A DNA stretch of 64,000 bases from Octopus sinensis. Lineage: Eukaryota. The notes beneath the pieces are model-generated. The model saw only the letters and a program-made list of their open reading frames with translations, was not told the origin of the DNA and ran no database searches. This document shows, in pieces, positions 14,201-26,067 of this stretch. Made by a program: the position numbers and the translations under genes. The DNA is taken from positions 5,952,001-6,016,000 of the forward strand of contig NC_043002.1 of NCBI RefSeq assembly GCF_006345805.1, read 5' to 3'. Numbering within the stretch: position 1 is the stretch's first letter; each line of letters starts with the position of its first letter.

Positions 14201-14227
14201 TATATACTTGGTAATATTCTAATACCA

Positions 14228-14445
14228 AGGCGGTGAGCTGTCAGATTCGTTAGCACGCCGGACAAAATGCGTTGCAGTATTTCATCCGTCTTCCCGTTCT
14301 GAGTTCAAATTCCGCCTAGGTTGACTTTACTTTTCATCCTTCCTGGGTCGATAAAATAAGTACCAGTTGAACATTGGGGTAGATATAATCGACTTAACCC
14401 CTTCCCCGAAATTGTTGGTCATGTGCCAAAATTTGAAACCAATAT
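14228..14445 (+). mobile_element. SINE family A relative with a different 3' tail
   Basis: Same head and core as family A, but the tail is cccttccccgaaattgttggtcatgtgccaaaatttgaaacc. Confidence 0.8.
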
Positions 14446-14699
14446 TCTATGAAACTATTAAAAAACAAATCAAAAGTAAACGATATTTTTAATCCTTTCG
14501 TCCATCTCCATCCATGACAGTCCACTGAAAAGTCTAAACAGAGATACAAAACGTTCTCTTTATACGTTGGGACAAGAGTGGTCGAAGCTCAGTGTCAATG
14601 CATTGATGGCTCTGAACTTTCGTAGTTTTTCTTTTTTTTTTGTTAAGCTTACCTGATCTTAATGGTAAGGTAGATGCTGGTATACTTAATTAACAGCCA

Positions 14700-15060
14700 A
14701 GTAATTATAATTTATTAACGTTATGCTGATAATACGGTTCTCTTCAGACATCTTCTCAGAAGCTACCAACCTTTTACATGAACTTCAAAATGAAGTAGGA
14801 GATATTAGTTCTTATGTCCCCACCTCACAGACTCAATACATCTGCTACATCCAGAAGGTCTCAATAAGTCCAGTTGAACGAACCCCTCTAAAATTTATAG
14901 AGTTCTTCGTATATATAAGCAGGGACATCGCAGCCACAGAAAAGAATGCAAACATTAGTCGCACAGAAATGCGAGCTATTCTTGCTGTGCTCAGGGTTAT
15001 TTGGAAATCATCCCTACCAGATGATTTTCAGAAAAACTTACTATTGTGGAATCAGTGCGG
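14700..15060 (+). mobile_element. Degenerate LINE reverse-transcriptase fragment (RTE-like)
   Basis: cgt tat gct gat aat acg gtt ctc = RYADNTVL (YADD-like). Downstream FVYISRDI...AVLRVIWKSSL resembles the RT thumb and post-RT region. Confidence 0.55.
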
Positions 15061-15479
15061 AAACGGTACTGTTACTATTGTGGAATCAGAGAAAAACGTT
15101 CTATTGAGGAATCAGTGCTGTTATACGAATCTACCTTGAGGTAAGGCTTGACGGTGCTTAAATCCTACCTACATGTTATTGGTCGTTCTGAACATTTCGT
15201 GCAAAGCACATCCAGCCAAAATCTGTATATCAGTCCTTTTGCTGTCACTAAGTATGTATAAAACAAAAATATATGTATCTATTTAACTGACACTTCAATA
15301 ACAGGATTAATAACCCTTTGCCTGTCTTGTCTTTCACATGTGATACCCAGGACATATTTTCTTGGCGTAATTGAATCATATACGGTACAAATTCTCAATT
15401 TTATTTTCAACCACCATTGTAAAGAGATAGATTTATATTGTTCAGAACATGTGTAGACACACACACACATGTATATATA

Positions 15480-15562
<83 letters not shown>

Positions 15563-15593
15563 TCAAAATAAGCAACAAGGATATCCAAGGTAG

Positions 15594-15681
15594 TGTAGTA
15601 CAATCGTTTCATGCTACTTCATTTTATTAAACACTGGAAGTATTACATCAGTTTTAAAATGTCGAGCAATCTTCAGCCACA
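15594..15681 (-). ncRNA. Type I hammerhead-ribozyme-like motif with long stem II
   Basis: Minus strand UGUGG CUGAAGA U[UGCU..CAUUUUA....UAAAAUG..AGCA]U GAA ACGAUUGU A CUACA. 5-bp stem I, intact CUGAAGA/GAAA core, GUA triplet, U.U at the base of stem II. Confidence 0.6.
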
Positions 15682-15859
15682 TATAGAATTTTTTAATTAA
15701 ACGGACAATGCACATTTTTATACTTAATGTTGGCTATATTTTAAGAGGGTCTATACTTAATGTATAGCCCCTCTCTTCTATTTGCTTCATAACCTCCCCC
15801 GACAGTATCGCTAGCTCGTCCATATATTTAATTTTGCCTCTCTTCAAGACTAACACATC

Positions 15860-16975
15860 ACACTTTTTCAATCCGAACTCCATTCTGATATCAGCACTGA
15901 AAGTATACACCGTATCAGCGAGGGAACTGACTTATGATTCATCTTTATAATAAAGTTTGAGGTTATCCATGAATAACAAGTGGTTTGACTTTTTGTTGGC
16001 GGATCCTGAATACACACCCAGTGTTTGCTTTCCTCAGAACCAGTGTTAGTGGTATCATGCACGGTACAAAGATCAGTGGGGACAGGCATTCCCCTTGAGA
16101 AATGCCGCTCCTGATTTCTATTGTCCCTAAACTTCTTCCATATGCTGTCAGTTCCGTCCTCCACTTCGTCATACTTTTTCCAAGCAATCGCACAACATTC
16201 GATGCAAATACCAAATAATCCAAGAATGTGGGATCATATCGTATGCCTTACGATAATGGATCCATGACATAGCTAACTTAGTTTTCCTCCTCTTGCAATA
16301 TCTAAGTACAGTTTTGTCAATCAGCAGTTGATCCTTGGTACCACTGTACCTACGCTTGCAACCTTTATGTTCATGTGGCAGGACTCCATTTTTTCCAGAT
16401 GTTCATACATTGACTTTGCGAGTATTCCAGTCAATAATTTCCACATAAATGGGAAGCAAGATATCGGCCTGTAATTGTCTATCGTATTGCCTTGTTCGAT
16501 GTTTTTCAAGCACAGCACTGTCCCACCCATTGTCAACCAGTCCGGTGTTACCTGATTGGCATTTAACAAGATGTTAGTTGTGCAGCTATTCGTGCATCAC
16601 ATTCACCAAATCTTTTGATTCAGTAGCCATGAACTCCATCTGATCTCAGGGCCTTCCAGTTGCCCATTTTTTTGCTGATTTCCTTCACTTCCCTAACTGA
16701 AATGACCAGCTCTGCCTGTTTGTTTCAGTTCTTGCAACCATTCAGCATCCTTCTTGTGCTCCTTGTCTTTCTTCTAGATGTCACTCCAAAACCTTTGACT
16801 TTCAGTGTTATCTGGTATCAACTTTTCACCTGTACACTCTCCTTTTATTTCTTTGTAGAATCTCTTCTGATCTTCTCTGAATAACCTATTCTGCTGGTAC
16901 TCCTTCATTTTTTGGTCGTATCTTACCATCTTTGCTTTCTTTGAAACGAGGCGCTGTTTCAGTTCCTCCATTAAA
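15860..16975 (-). mobile_element. R4/Dong-like non-LTR retrotransposon RT remnant
   Basis: Pieces YQQNRLFREDQKRFYKEI, PDWLTMGGTVLCLK..NYRPISCFPFMWKLLTGI and EIRSGISQGECLSPLIFVPCMIPLT occur in collinear order with frameshifts. Confidence 0.75.
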
Positions 16976-17290
16976 CTCTCCCTTCTCTTTTCGGTCTAAC
17001 GCAAGAATGTCCTTAGATTGTGAAATAAATATTTTTTTCACTATCATCAGATCAACAGGGTGAAACTCAGAGTATCGATGGTTGAAGGTTTGAAAGTTCA
17101 GCAACGAGTGGCTGAGAAGTTCGCTTTTCAAATATATGGTTTCAGATTCAGTCCAACTGTGCGGCACCCTGGCCAAGTATCCTCTTTTACAGCCTTGGGC
17201 TGACCAATGCCTAGTAAGTGGATTTGGTAAAGGGGAACTGTGGAAGATCCCCTGTGTGTGTGTGTATATTATATATATATATATATATAT

Positions 17291-17369
<79 letters not shown>

Positions 17370-17664
17370 ATTCCTATGTATTAATTATAGTTCCTTCATT
17401 AAGGTCAATATGTATTTTATTCAATATAAGGTTTTTCCTCGAATTTTATAATTTTTTATATACCTTTTCTATATTTTCAATATTTTTTCTATATTTTTTA
17501 TATATTTTTATATTTTTATATTTTTTATATTTCATATATATATATATTGTTATATTTCGGAATGGTCATATTGCCAGTTTAGCCAATAAAAACACATGCA
17601 CTATATATTTGGTGTTATTTTGCTTCAGTGTTATTTATTTTTTCATTAATCTTAATCTTATTTC

Positions 17665-17709
17665 GGCCAAAGTTCTTTCGTCACACTCCTGTGACCGCAT
17701 CAGTGGTCC
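17665..17709 (-). ncRNA. Degenerate minimal hammerhead-like motif in the inverted pLTR copy
   Basis: Reverse complement of 19556-19600. Confidence 0.45.
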
Positions 17710-18032
17710 TTTGTTTTCTTCTCACTTACTTGTGTCTCTCCTTACTAACCGTCAGCCATTTTGTATTTCTATTGTATGTCTTCATTTGCGCATACTTATA
17801 TCTCTATGTGCGTCTATGTTTATTTAGTGTGTGTGTGTGTGTGTGGGGGGGGTTTATTTGGGTTTTATTTTTCACAATTTCTAGCCAGAGTTCAGTGTCT
17901 AGTACTGGTAGTCTATGGTTGGGGTGTTTAGTGGGGTAGTCTATTGTGACCTTAATACTCTGGTGGATGGAGTTAGCTATTTGCTGGATGCTCCCCATAG
18001 TATTAGTTTCTATTACTATATCAACATTACTC

Positions 18033-19058
18033 CACCAGAGTATTAAGGTCACAATAGACTACCCCACTAAACACCCCAACCATAGACTACCAGTACTAGA
18101 CACTGAACTCTGGCTAGAAATTGTGAAAAATAAAACCCAAATCCTTCATTCATACTATGCAAAACCTATGGCCTCAAAATACCTGATCCACCGGAACCCA
18201 GCCATTGCGGGCAATGCCAAATTCAATATTTTGATGGCAGACCTCGTCAGAATAATGAGAAATGTGTCACGCATGTGCGAGCCTACAGAGTTAAAGAAAC
18301 ACATACAGTATTTCATTCACCGCATGCAGTTCTCAGGTTACAGCCATAAAGAAAGGATCAGAGTATACAAAGGAGCCATGAAGAAATTTGATAATATATT
18401 ATGTAATGATAGGAATGGGATTTGCCCACTCTATAGGAACAAGTCATGGAACACTATAGAAAGGACAAAAAAGAAAATAGGGAAGGCCAACTCTTGGTAT
18501 GATAGCCATAAATACCAGAGTGTCATGTTCGTTGACACCACCCCTGGAGGTGAACTGGCGTACCGCTTTAGAAGGACCCTAGATAAACTTAAACTAAGAA
18601 TTAAGGTTGTTGAAAAGCCAGGCAACCCCATCAGATCTATAATTGGTAGAACCTATCATTTTAGTAGAACTCTCTGTACGGATAACTATTGCACTGTATG
18701 TAGATTTAGCCCACAAACAAACTGTAAAGCCAGAAATGTGGTCTATAGTATAAGATGTATAGAGGGACGATGCAGTAACAAGACATTAACATACGTAGGG
18801 GAAACAGCAAGAAGCATTGGAGAGCGGGTGAATGAACATTGGAGACCACTCAAGGAAGGTAAAAGCTCATCGATTCTGTACCAACACGCCGAACAAGAAC
18901 ACGGGGAATCAATCAATAACATAGAGATTAAGATATTGTCCACACATAGAACAGATGCAACAATTAGACAAATTACAGAAGCTACACATATAATAGAAAA
19001 TAAACCTAGCCTGAATAGAAAACTAGAATGGAGCAATAGCACACACCACAACATATGA
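18033..19058 (+). CDS. C-terminal part of a PLE polyprotein: end of RT/thumb, Cys-rich linker, GIY-YIG endonuclease (5'-truncated, no native start)
   Basis: IKVTIDYP..RLPVLDTELW, YYAKPMASKYLIH, linker CTDNYCTVC..C, VVYSIRC...TYVGETARSIGERVNEH, QITEATHI...LNRKLEW; open for about 340 codons. Confidence 0.88.
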   Translation, partial: HQSIKVTIDYPTKHPNHRLPVLDTELWLEIVKNKTQILHSYYAKPMASKYLIHRNPAIAGNAKFNILMADLVRIMRNVSRMCEPTELKKHIQYFIHRMQFSGYSHKERIRVYKGAMKKFDNILCNDRNGICPLYRNKSWNTIERTKKKIGKANSWYDSHKYQSVMFVDTTPGGELAYRFRRTLDKLKLRIKVVEKPGNPIRSIIGRTYHFSRTLCTDNYCTVCRFSPQTNCKARNVVYSIRCIEGRCSNKTLTYVGETARSIGERVNEHWRPLKEGKSSSILYQHAEQEHGESINNIEIKILSTHRTDATIRQITEATHIIENKPSLNRKLEWSNSTHHNI

Positions 19059-19197
19059 CGATAGTGGATCCTGCAAACATAATAAATACACAGATAATTA
19101 AAGAAATAGAAATGAATAACTATATATATGTATGTGTGTATATATATATATATATGTATATGTGTATATATGTGTGTATATATGTATATATAATATA

Positions 19198-19228
<31 letters not shown>

Positions 19229-19555
19229 GTTTTTTTTTTTTTCGATTAGATTTATTATTATTATTACTAATATTGTTGTTATACATACATACAAGCATAT
19301 GTAATGATAATAATGGGTGGATGTAAACACATGAACAAAATTCGAACAAAAGCAACAACAACAAAAACAAAATACAAATTACAAGAATGTATATAAACAG
19401 AAGATAGAAATATTACAGGCATCCCCCCCCACACACACTAAATAAACATAGACGCACATAGAGATATAAGTATGCGCAAATGAAGACATACAATAGAAAT
19501 ACAAAATGGCTGACGGTTAGTAAGGAGAGACACAAGTAAGTGAGAAGAAAACAAA

Positions 19556-19600
19556 GGACCACTGATGCGGTCACAGGAGTGTGACGAAAGAACTTTGGCC
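19556..19600 (+). ncRNA. Degenerate minimal hammerhead-like motif in the PLE 3' region (pLTR)
   Basis: GGACCA CUGAUGC G GUCACA GGAG UGUGAC GAA AGAACU U UGGCC. Perfect 6-bp stem II, 2-bp stem III, stem I with one bulge, C at core position 9 instead of A. Confidence 0.45.
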
Positions 19601-19776
19601 GAAATAAGATTAAGATTAATGTAAAAAATAAATATCACTGAAGCAAAATAACACCAAATATATAGTGCATGTGCTTTTATTGGCTAAACTGGCAATATGA
19701 CCATTCCGAAATATAACAATATCTGTTTCAACACACGACTTCACATAAAAAGTCTTGCACAACAAATATTTAAACG

Positions 19777-19915
<139 letters not shown>

Positions 19916-20049
19916 GAACTCATCTATGTTTATCGCTCGAAAATTGGCTGTTATTTCTAAAGGGCCAATCAAACAAGTCCATTTTTTAAAGGTGTAGCGT
20001 TTGTAATAGTCTGAATAGAATTCACATATCGGTTCCATTCTAGCAAAAA

Positions 20050-20087
20050 CTGTCCGACGAACGGAAACGGGAAACTCAGAGTAACAG
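20050..20087 (+). ncRNA. Minimal type I hammerhead-like motif (CCGACGA core variant)
   Basis: CUGU CCGACGA A CGG AAA CGG GAA ACUCAGAGU A ACAG. Stem I CUGU/ACAG, self-complementary stem III ACUC/GAGU, GUA triplet, one G.G mismatch in stem II. Confidence 0.55.
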
Positions 20088-20121
20088 GTTTTGTTGAAGT
20101 TTCTGCTGCTTTAAATAAAGC

Positions 20122-20195
<74 letters not shown>

Positions 20196-20777
20196 TATAC
20201 ATATACATACAAACATACACACACACACACACACATACACACACACGCACACATATATATATATATACGTGTGTGTGTGTTTGTGTTTCTCACCCCCACT
20301 CCCACTTGACAACCGATGTTTTTTTTAAACTTACCGGTTCAGCAAAATAGTTGAGAGAAAAAAATTCCAAACTTAAAAAGAAACAAAAAAACCCCCACAA
20401 GTACTGGGGTCTATTTGTCCGATTAAAACCTGTTTAAACGTCACTCCAGAAGGGCTGCAGCTCAATGACTGAAGCAAGTAAAAGATTAAAGAATAAGATT
20501 CAAGCATGTATACATACGCAGACATGGACATAACACATATCATAGATATCTAGAGTTAAAGAAAAAAATTTCTTAATGTTTCCGGTTGGTCATGCGCACT
20601 GTCTCCTTACCTCCCCCACTACTTTTCACCGAGTTATTTTATCATTGACAAACCATCAATCACACACGAACCATCACTTCAAAGCGTTTCCTCAGATATT
20701 TATAAGGTTTAATGTTTTACGTTTTATTTTCTCGTTTCCTATCACAACACAATTTCGTCTTAATCAATGACCTATAT

Positions 20778-20856
<79 letters not shown>

Positions 20857-21064
20857 GCGTGTGTATGTAAAATTTGGTATGTACTGTTTTGAGGAATTGT
20901 TGAAAGCAAACACACACACACATGTACACCCACAACTCCACATATACATTCCCTGACATTATACTGTAAGATACAGGTGCATTGATATAGATTCATGCAA
21001 GGAATATTTTCTGAATATATATATATATATATATATAATATATTATATATATATATATATTGTG

Positions 21065-21116
<52 letters not shown>

Positions 21117-21322
21117 TACGGAGATGTACTTGCATAGCGAGTGACTTGATCTGAGATCGTGTGCTGGAACGAAAACAATTGCAGCGTGGAAGGTGTTTAT
21201 AAGCCATTTAAGAAACACACAAAAACCGTTAGATTCATTTCAACATTTAAATTTAATTTGCCAAAATATTCTCGTCGCTTTGAGACCGCAACCTGTTCAC
21301 TGACAAAACTTCATGCTGCATA

Positions 21323-22361
21323 TCTTTATATATATAAAACTGAGAATGTGTGTCTGTCTGTCTGTCTGTGTGTTTCCCTAAAACTTGAGAACTACACAAC
21401 CAATTTCATTCAAATTTTACACATGCCTTACTTAGGGTCCATGTAGTTTCATGGGCAAAAAAAAAATGTTCAACTTCTTGCCTAGAGCGAACCCATAACA
21501 ATATCATATCTTCTCCACTATTTCAGTATTACGTGTTAAAAGTGAAACAAAAATATTTCTCTATTTTATGTCAAATGCTTTCACTTTAACAATAAAAATA
21601 ATAATAACAATTGAATTATATGTAGTAAGTAATAATTAAAATCAAACTAAAGTATAATATAATCGTAACATAACAAAAGTAAAAATAGCAATTGGTATAA
21701 AATTGCATCAATGATTTGAACTTGAACAAGTGGTTTCACATGAATGGGAATAAATTAAATATAAAATTAGCGTGCAGAAATGGAATAGTCCAGATGGATA
21801 ATAAAAAAATAAATTAAAGAAAAGACTATTGTCTATAAAGTATACAATGTAGAGAAAAAAGAAGATTTGAACACAATGAGGAAAGCACCTTCGAAAAGTG
21901 TCTTGGTTCGACTATGAAAGATATCTAATCAGAGGCGGTAAATTCGCCACAATAGAAGCAAGGTTCGAGTCAACGGAGCGTGCAAGGGAGTACTCGACTC
22001 GAACTTGCAAAGTGGAAATATTTTGTTTTCACCTTTATATCTGGGACGTAGGACGTCCTGGAAAAAAATTTTAAATGACCCCCCCCCAGAAGTAGAGGTA
22101 GGCTGGATTGTTAGCCACACTTCTATACAAAAGGGAGGACAAGATACAATTGATCGAAATTACAAGAGACGGGCCAACAATTCCAGTCTGTTATATATTT
22201 TGAGTATTGTTATCACTAGCGATATCAAGATATAACTTTGTATTTTGTATTTTATGTGTAGATGTATATATATATAGATATACATGTAATATGTACACAT
22301 ATATATACACATATATACATGCACTAGCACTATGACCGGCAACGACGGGTCTTTAATGCTA

Positions 22362-22362
<1 letters not shown>
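21323..22362 (+). mobile_element. Probable non-autonomous Helitron-like element (the two ends may belong to different copies)
   Basis: A|TCtttatatatataaaa...(gtct)n 5' end. 3' hairpin gaccggcaacgacgggtc followed by CTAG|T at 22359-22363. Confidence 0.5.
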
Positions 22363-22440
<78 letters not shown>

Positions 22441-22911
22441 CAATGATGCTGATAGTGTTGTCTCATGAAACATATGTTATTGATGGTATTGTCGCTGAAA
22501 CTTTATTTCAGTTTTGTTAGGCGTTTTCTGCTTCGATGCAAGTTGGAGGAATAACACTAAAAGCAAAACAGTAATTTCAAGCATCTTTACCTCTTTAGCA
22601 ATGATTTTAGGATCATAAGATGATCGAATATATCATTGAATGATTTCAGCAGTTTTGGTAATAGTAACTTTTAGTTTCGACAATAGGAAAGTTTCTCTTG
22701 ATGGGATGGGTGTTGCAATTGTCATGGTTTCGAGATTTCAAATTCGGAATGTTAAGTAAGATACTCTGACAGACTGGTGAACATTCTTACATTAAGTTTC
22801 TTAGCGATATTTTGCAAAATTTCTGAGGATAAAGTCAGAAATGAATCAAGGGCCTCAAGAATTAAAGAAATGTGAAAAAAAAAAAATCATCCCCAATTAA
22901 TCAGATTTTAA

Positions 22912-23298
22912 GTTGCTTTTACTGTTACTGTTGAGCGAACGGTCCTCGTCCCAGAGCTCGCCAGATGGGAGAAGTCCGAAACGTGGTCCTTTGCTATTTG
23001 TAAGACCCGCAGAAGAGAGAGCAGGTCAACCCCTGACACCGAGAGCATCGACGGATGGATGAATGCGCATCCAGACTCAGCGGTTGCGTAGGAAGTCGGT
23101 GACAAGAGACAGGAAGAAAGAGTGAGAGAAAGTTGGAGCGAAAGAGTACAACAGGAGTCGCCCCCCCCCCCTGCCGGAGCCTCGTGGAGCGTTAGGTGTT
23201 TTCGCTCAATAAACACACACAACGCCTGGTCTGGGAATCGAAACTGCGATCTTCCGACTGCGAGTCCACTGCCCCAACCATTGGGCCATTGCGCCTCC
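22912..23298 (-). mobile_element. tRNA-headed SINE family B
   Basis: Reverse complement starts ggaggcgcaatggcccaatggttggggcagtggactcgcag..gtttcgattcc (A and B boxes); matches 33347-33720. Confidence 0.9.
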
Positions 23299-23463
23299 TG
23301 CTTTTGCTGTTCAGTTTTTTTTCTTTACTCATTATCTTAGCAAGAGAGACTTTAAAGCGTTTTGTCGATTCAATTCATCTCGAATAAAACCGTAGAGATC
23401 AATATTTGCATCCCTATGAGAAAGTTTTGCAATACTGATATCACAACATAGATAGTATTATAT

Positions 23464-23697
23464 CCTATTTCTTTACTACCCACAAGGGGCTAAACACAGA
23501 GAGTACAAGCAAGGATAGACAAACAGATTAAGTTGATTATATCGACCCCAGTGCGTAACTGGTACTTGTTTAATCGACCCCGAAAGGATGAAAGGCAAAG
23601 TCGACCTCGGCGGAATTTGAACTCAGAACGTAGCGGCAGACGAAATACCGCTAAGTATTTCACCCATCGTGTTAACGTTTCTGCCAGCTCGCCCCCT
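23464..23697 (-). mobile_element. Full-length SINE family A with an 18-bp TSD
   Basis: acatagatagtattatat (23446-23463) and acatagctagtattatat (23703-23720) flank the element. Confidence 0.92.
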
Positions 23698-24599
23698 AAA
23701 ATACATAGCTAGTATTATATAATACATAGAAAGTATTATATCCTTTATCTGAAGTATCCACATGGATTATTCTAACATTGTAAATAGCTTATTTCATTGT
23801 GTCTAAATATCATTGATTCACTGCAATTCACGACCATTCTCTTCTTTATCATATTTCTGAAGCTTTTGATTATTTTTTTTACTGGAGACCAACAAAATGA
23901 ACTAATAATTGTTATCACTTTTAAATGACATCGCCAACACTTAAATTTTGGTAATATCATAAGAGGAAAAGGTTTTTGCAATAGGAGCTATTTCATTAAA
24001 TAAAAATTATTGCAGATCGATATAATTATAAATCACATTCGTAACAGCAGAATTTACAATTTGAATATTATCCTCGAATGTGTCTTCAAACTCATTGACA
24101 CGATTAATGCAAAAGTCATTAATTTTTCTGTCAAGACCATCACTAATGAAGCTATACGCAAAACACAATTGATGCTCGTTGTTCATATATTTTATCTTAT
24201 AATTTATCTTGCACCGTCATTTATGGTTGCAACCATATATTTTACTAAATCAGTTGAATTCATAAAGTTTAGTTTTCAAATTTCTAGCAATATTTCATCA
24301 GGAAAATTTTCATAAATTTTGACCATCTTCACATTCCAGAATTTCCCGGGTGATTTTACATTTACACCCGAATATCTGAGATCACACGAAGATGTATATT
24401 CATCTAAAGAAATATTGAGTATTTCAGAGTTCAGCTTGTATTTATTTCACAAAAGACATTTTTCAAATCCTATGGGGATAAATCCTTTGTAACAAGAACC
24501 ATTCTTTGGTAAAACCAAACCATTAAATTTAATTGCTTACGAAATAAAAATACTTAACTATTGCATTCATAGGAAATCCATCAAATGTAGGAAGCTCGG

Positions 24600-25440
24600 A
24601 TGAAAAGTTCATACGCAAGTTGCCATAGCACTCTCTATTGATGGTGTGGCTCTTTTGGAGATAATCGACAAACACAGTGCCTTTTGCATCCCCCAAAACT
24701 GAGACCATCATCTTCCCTATAGCTGAAACGATTTTGGCCTTCTTTGGAGCAGGTAAGGAAGGAGAGTCTCCACTGAATGATTTGTTACTGGCACAAAGTA
24801 ATGAAGTCAATACTCATCTTGGGTTAGGTAACGTTTAAGGAAACCAACTGGATCTGCCGGAAACAATGTCAGATTTTCCGGTGATGTGATCTACCTGGTG
24901 CGCTTTTGATCCAGGGTCAGATGTGGCACCTACTGAGCAGAAACCATGCCAAGCCAAGTTCATTGTGTAGAATATTCTCATCTCTCTCATGAGATATGCT
25001 TGTAGTATTAGCTATTTGATTTATAGTCAATCACCTGTCATCGATCTGCATGTGAACACGATCAATGTTTTCTTCGGTAGTGGCAGATGCAGGACTTCCA
25101 GACGATGAATCATCTTTAAGACTCTTCCTTCCCCTCCTAAATTTAGCTGCCCCCTTTTTTCACTGTTGATAAAGCTGAAGCGTCGTCCCCTAATGTATCA
25201 ACCATGTCAGCATGAATGTTGCTGGGGCTAAGCCTTCTTTCTGCCGGTACTTGATGTCAAAATCAAGAGAAATCGTTACTAGTTGCTTTTGAAGTTGTCT
25301 TTGAACATTCAGATATCAGTTTATCTGGAAAGAAACAATGCAGTCATTAATAAGAAGAGACGAAATCAATCCATACAAAATTTCACAGCTCTAACGTCGT
25401 TCCTTCATAGTCAGTCTATGAACTTTTCAGCCCATTCTCG
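24600..25440 (-). pseudogene. Degenerate mariner transposase
   Basis: PAPKKAKIVSAIGKMMVSVLGDAKGTVFVDYLQKSHTINRECY, with upstream TTEENIDRVH..DDR*LTINQIA. Confidence 0.7.
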
Positions 25441-25768
25441 CATAGCTTCATAGAAGTGGTACATACTCTATTGGTCAATTGTTTTAAAAGAAGATTCGTC
25501 TATCCTTTTGAATTTCCGGGAAATTATACGTATGTATGTATGTATGTATGTATGTATGTATGTAGTATGTATGTATGTATGTATGTATGTATGTATGTAT
25601 GTATGTATGTATGTATGTATGTACGTGTGTGTGCGTGCGTGTGTAATAAGTATGTATGTGTGTATGTATTTATATATATATTTACGTACATACATATATG
25701 CATAATTTGTGTGTCGATAAGCTGGACGTTATTATACAAATCCATTTTTTCCTTTGATTATATGCTCA

Positions 25769-25825
<57 letters not shown>

Positions 25826-25890
25826 AAATAAAATGAGACAACAAAACCAAGACTGTGTGGAATTTAAAGGACATTTATAAAGAGAAAGGT

Positions 25891-25940
25891 ATTCATACAG
25901 CTGTTTCTGGGATATTAGGGATATCCCTTCGTCAGAGACG
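25891..25940 (-). ncRNA. Hammerhead-like motif, left arm of the palindrome
   Basis: CGUCU CUGACGA A GGGAUAU CCCUA AUAUCCC A GAA ACAGCUGU A UGAAU. Intact core, 7-bp stem II, degraded stem I. Confidence 0.5.
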
Positions 25941-26017
25941 ATATGAGAGAGTTAACAAGAGGGAAATAGGAGAGTTCAATATAAGTTACTATTTCCCTCT
26001 AGTTAACTCTCTCATAT

Positions 26018-26067
26018 CGTCCCTGATAAAGGGATATCCCTAATATCCCAGAAACAGCTGTAAGAAT
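26018..26067 (+). ncRNA. Hammerhead-like motif, right arm of the palindrome (G8A)
   Basis: CGUCC CUGAUAA A GGGAUAU CCCUA AUAUCCC A GAA ACAGCUGU A AGAAU. Confidence 0.45.

Larger units (their letters stand above)
17546..19775 (+). mobile_element. Penelope-like element (Neptune-type), 5'-truncated, with a head-to-head inverted partial copy
   Basis: RT thumb plus GIY-YIG ORF. 17856-17967 is the inverted copy of 18031-18142, and about 17546-17850 is the inverted copy of about 19420-19722. (TA)n tracts on both flanks. Confidence 0.92.
22450..24500 (-). pseudogene. Fossil hAT transposase interrupted by two SINEs
   Basis: Minus strand in order: ISLDEYTSS..RY (first catalytic D region), MVATINDGA, EHQLCFAYS (CxxH-like), then after the SINEs IPPTCIEAENA...[21 protein letters not shown] (hAT C-terminal dimerisation motif). 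Confidence 0.65.

Noticed and set aside
14723-15139. 138-aa ORF as a host gene
   Set aside because: It overlaps a frameshifted YADD-type RT remnant and has no exon-like boundaries.
17946-18032. N-terminus (MTLILWWMELAICW...) of the 370-aa ORF as a real start or signal peptide
   Set aside because: It is the antisense of the inverted RT fragment; PLE homology begins only at about 18033.
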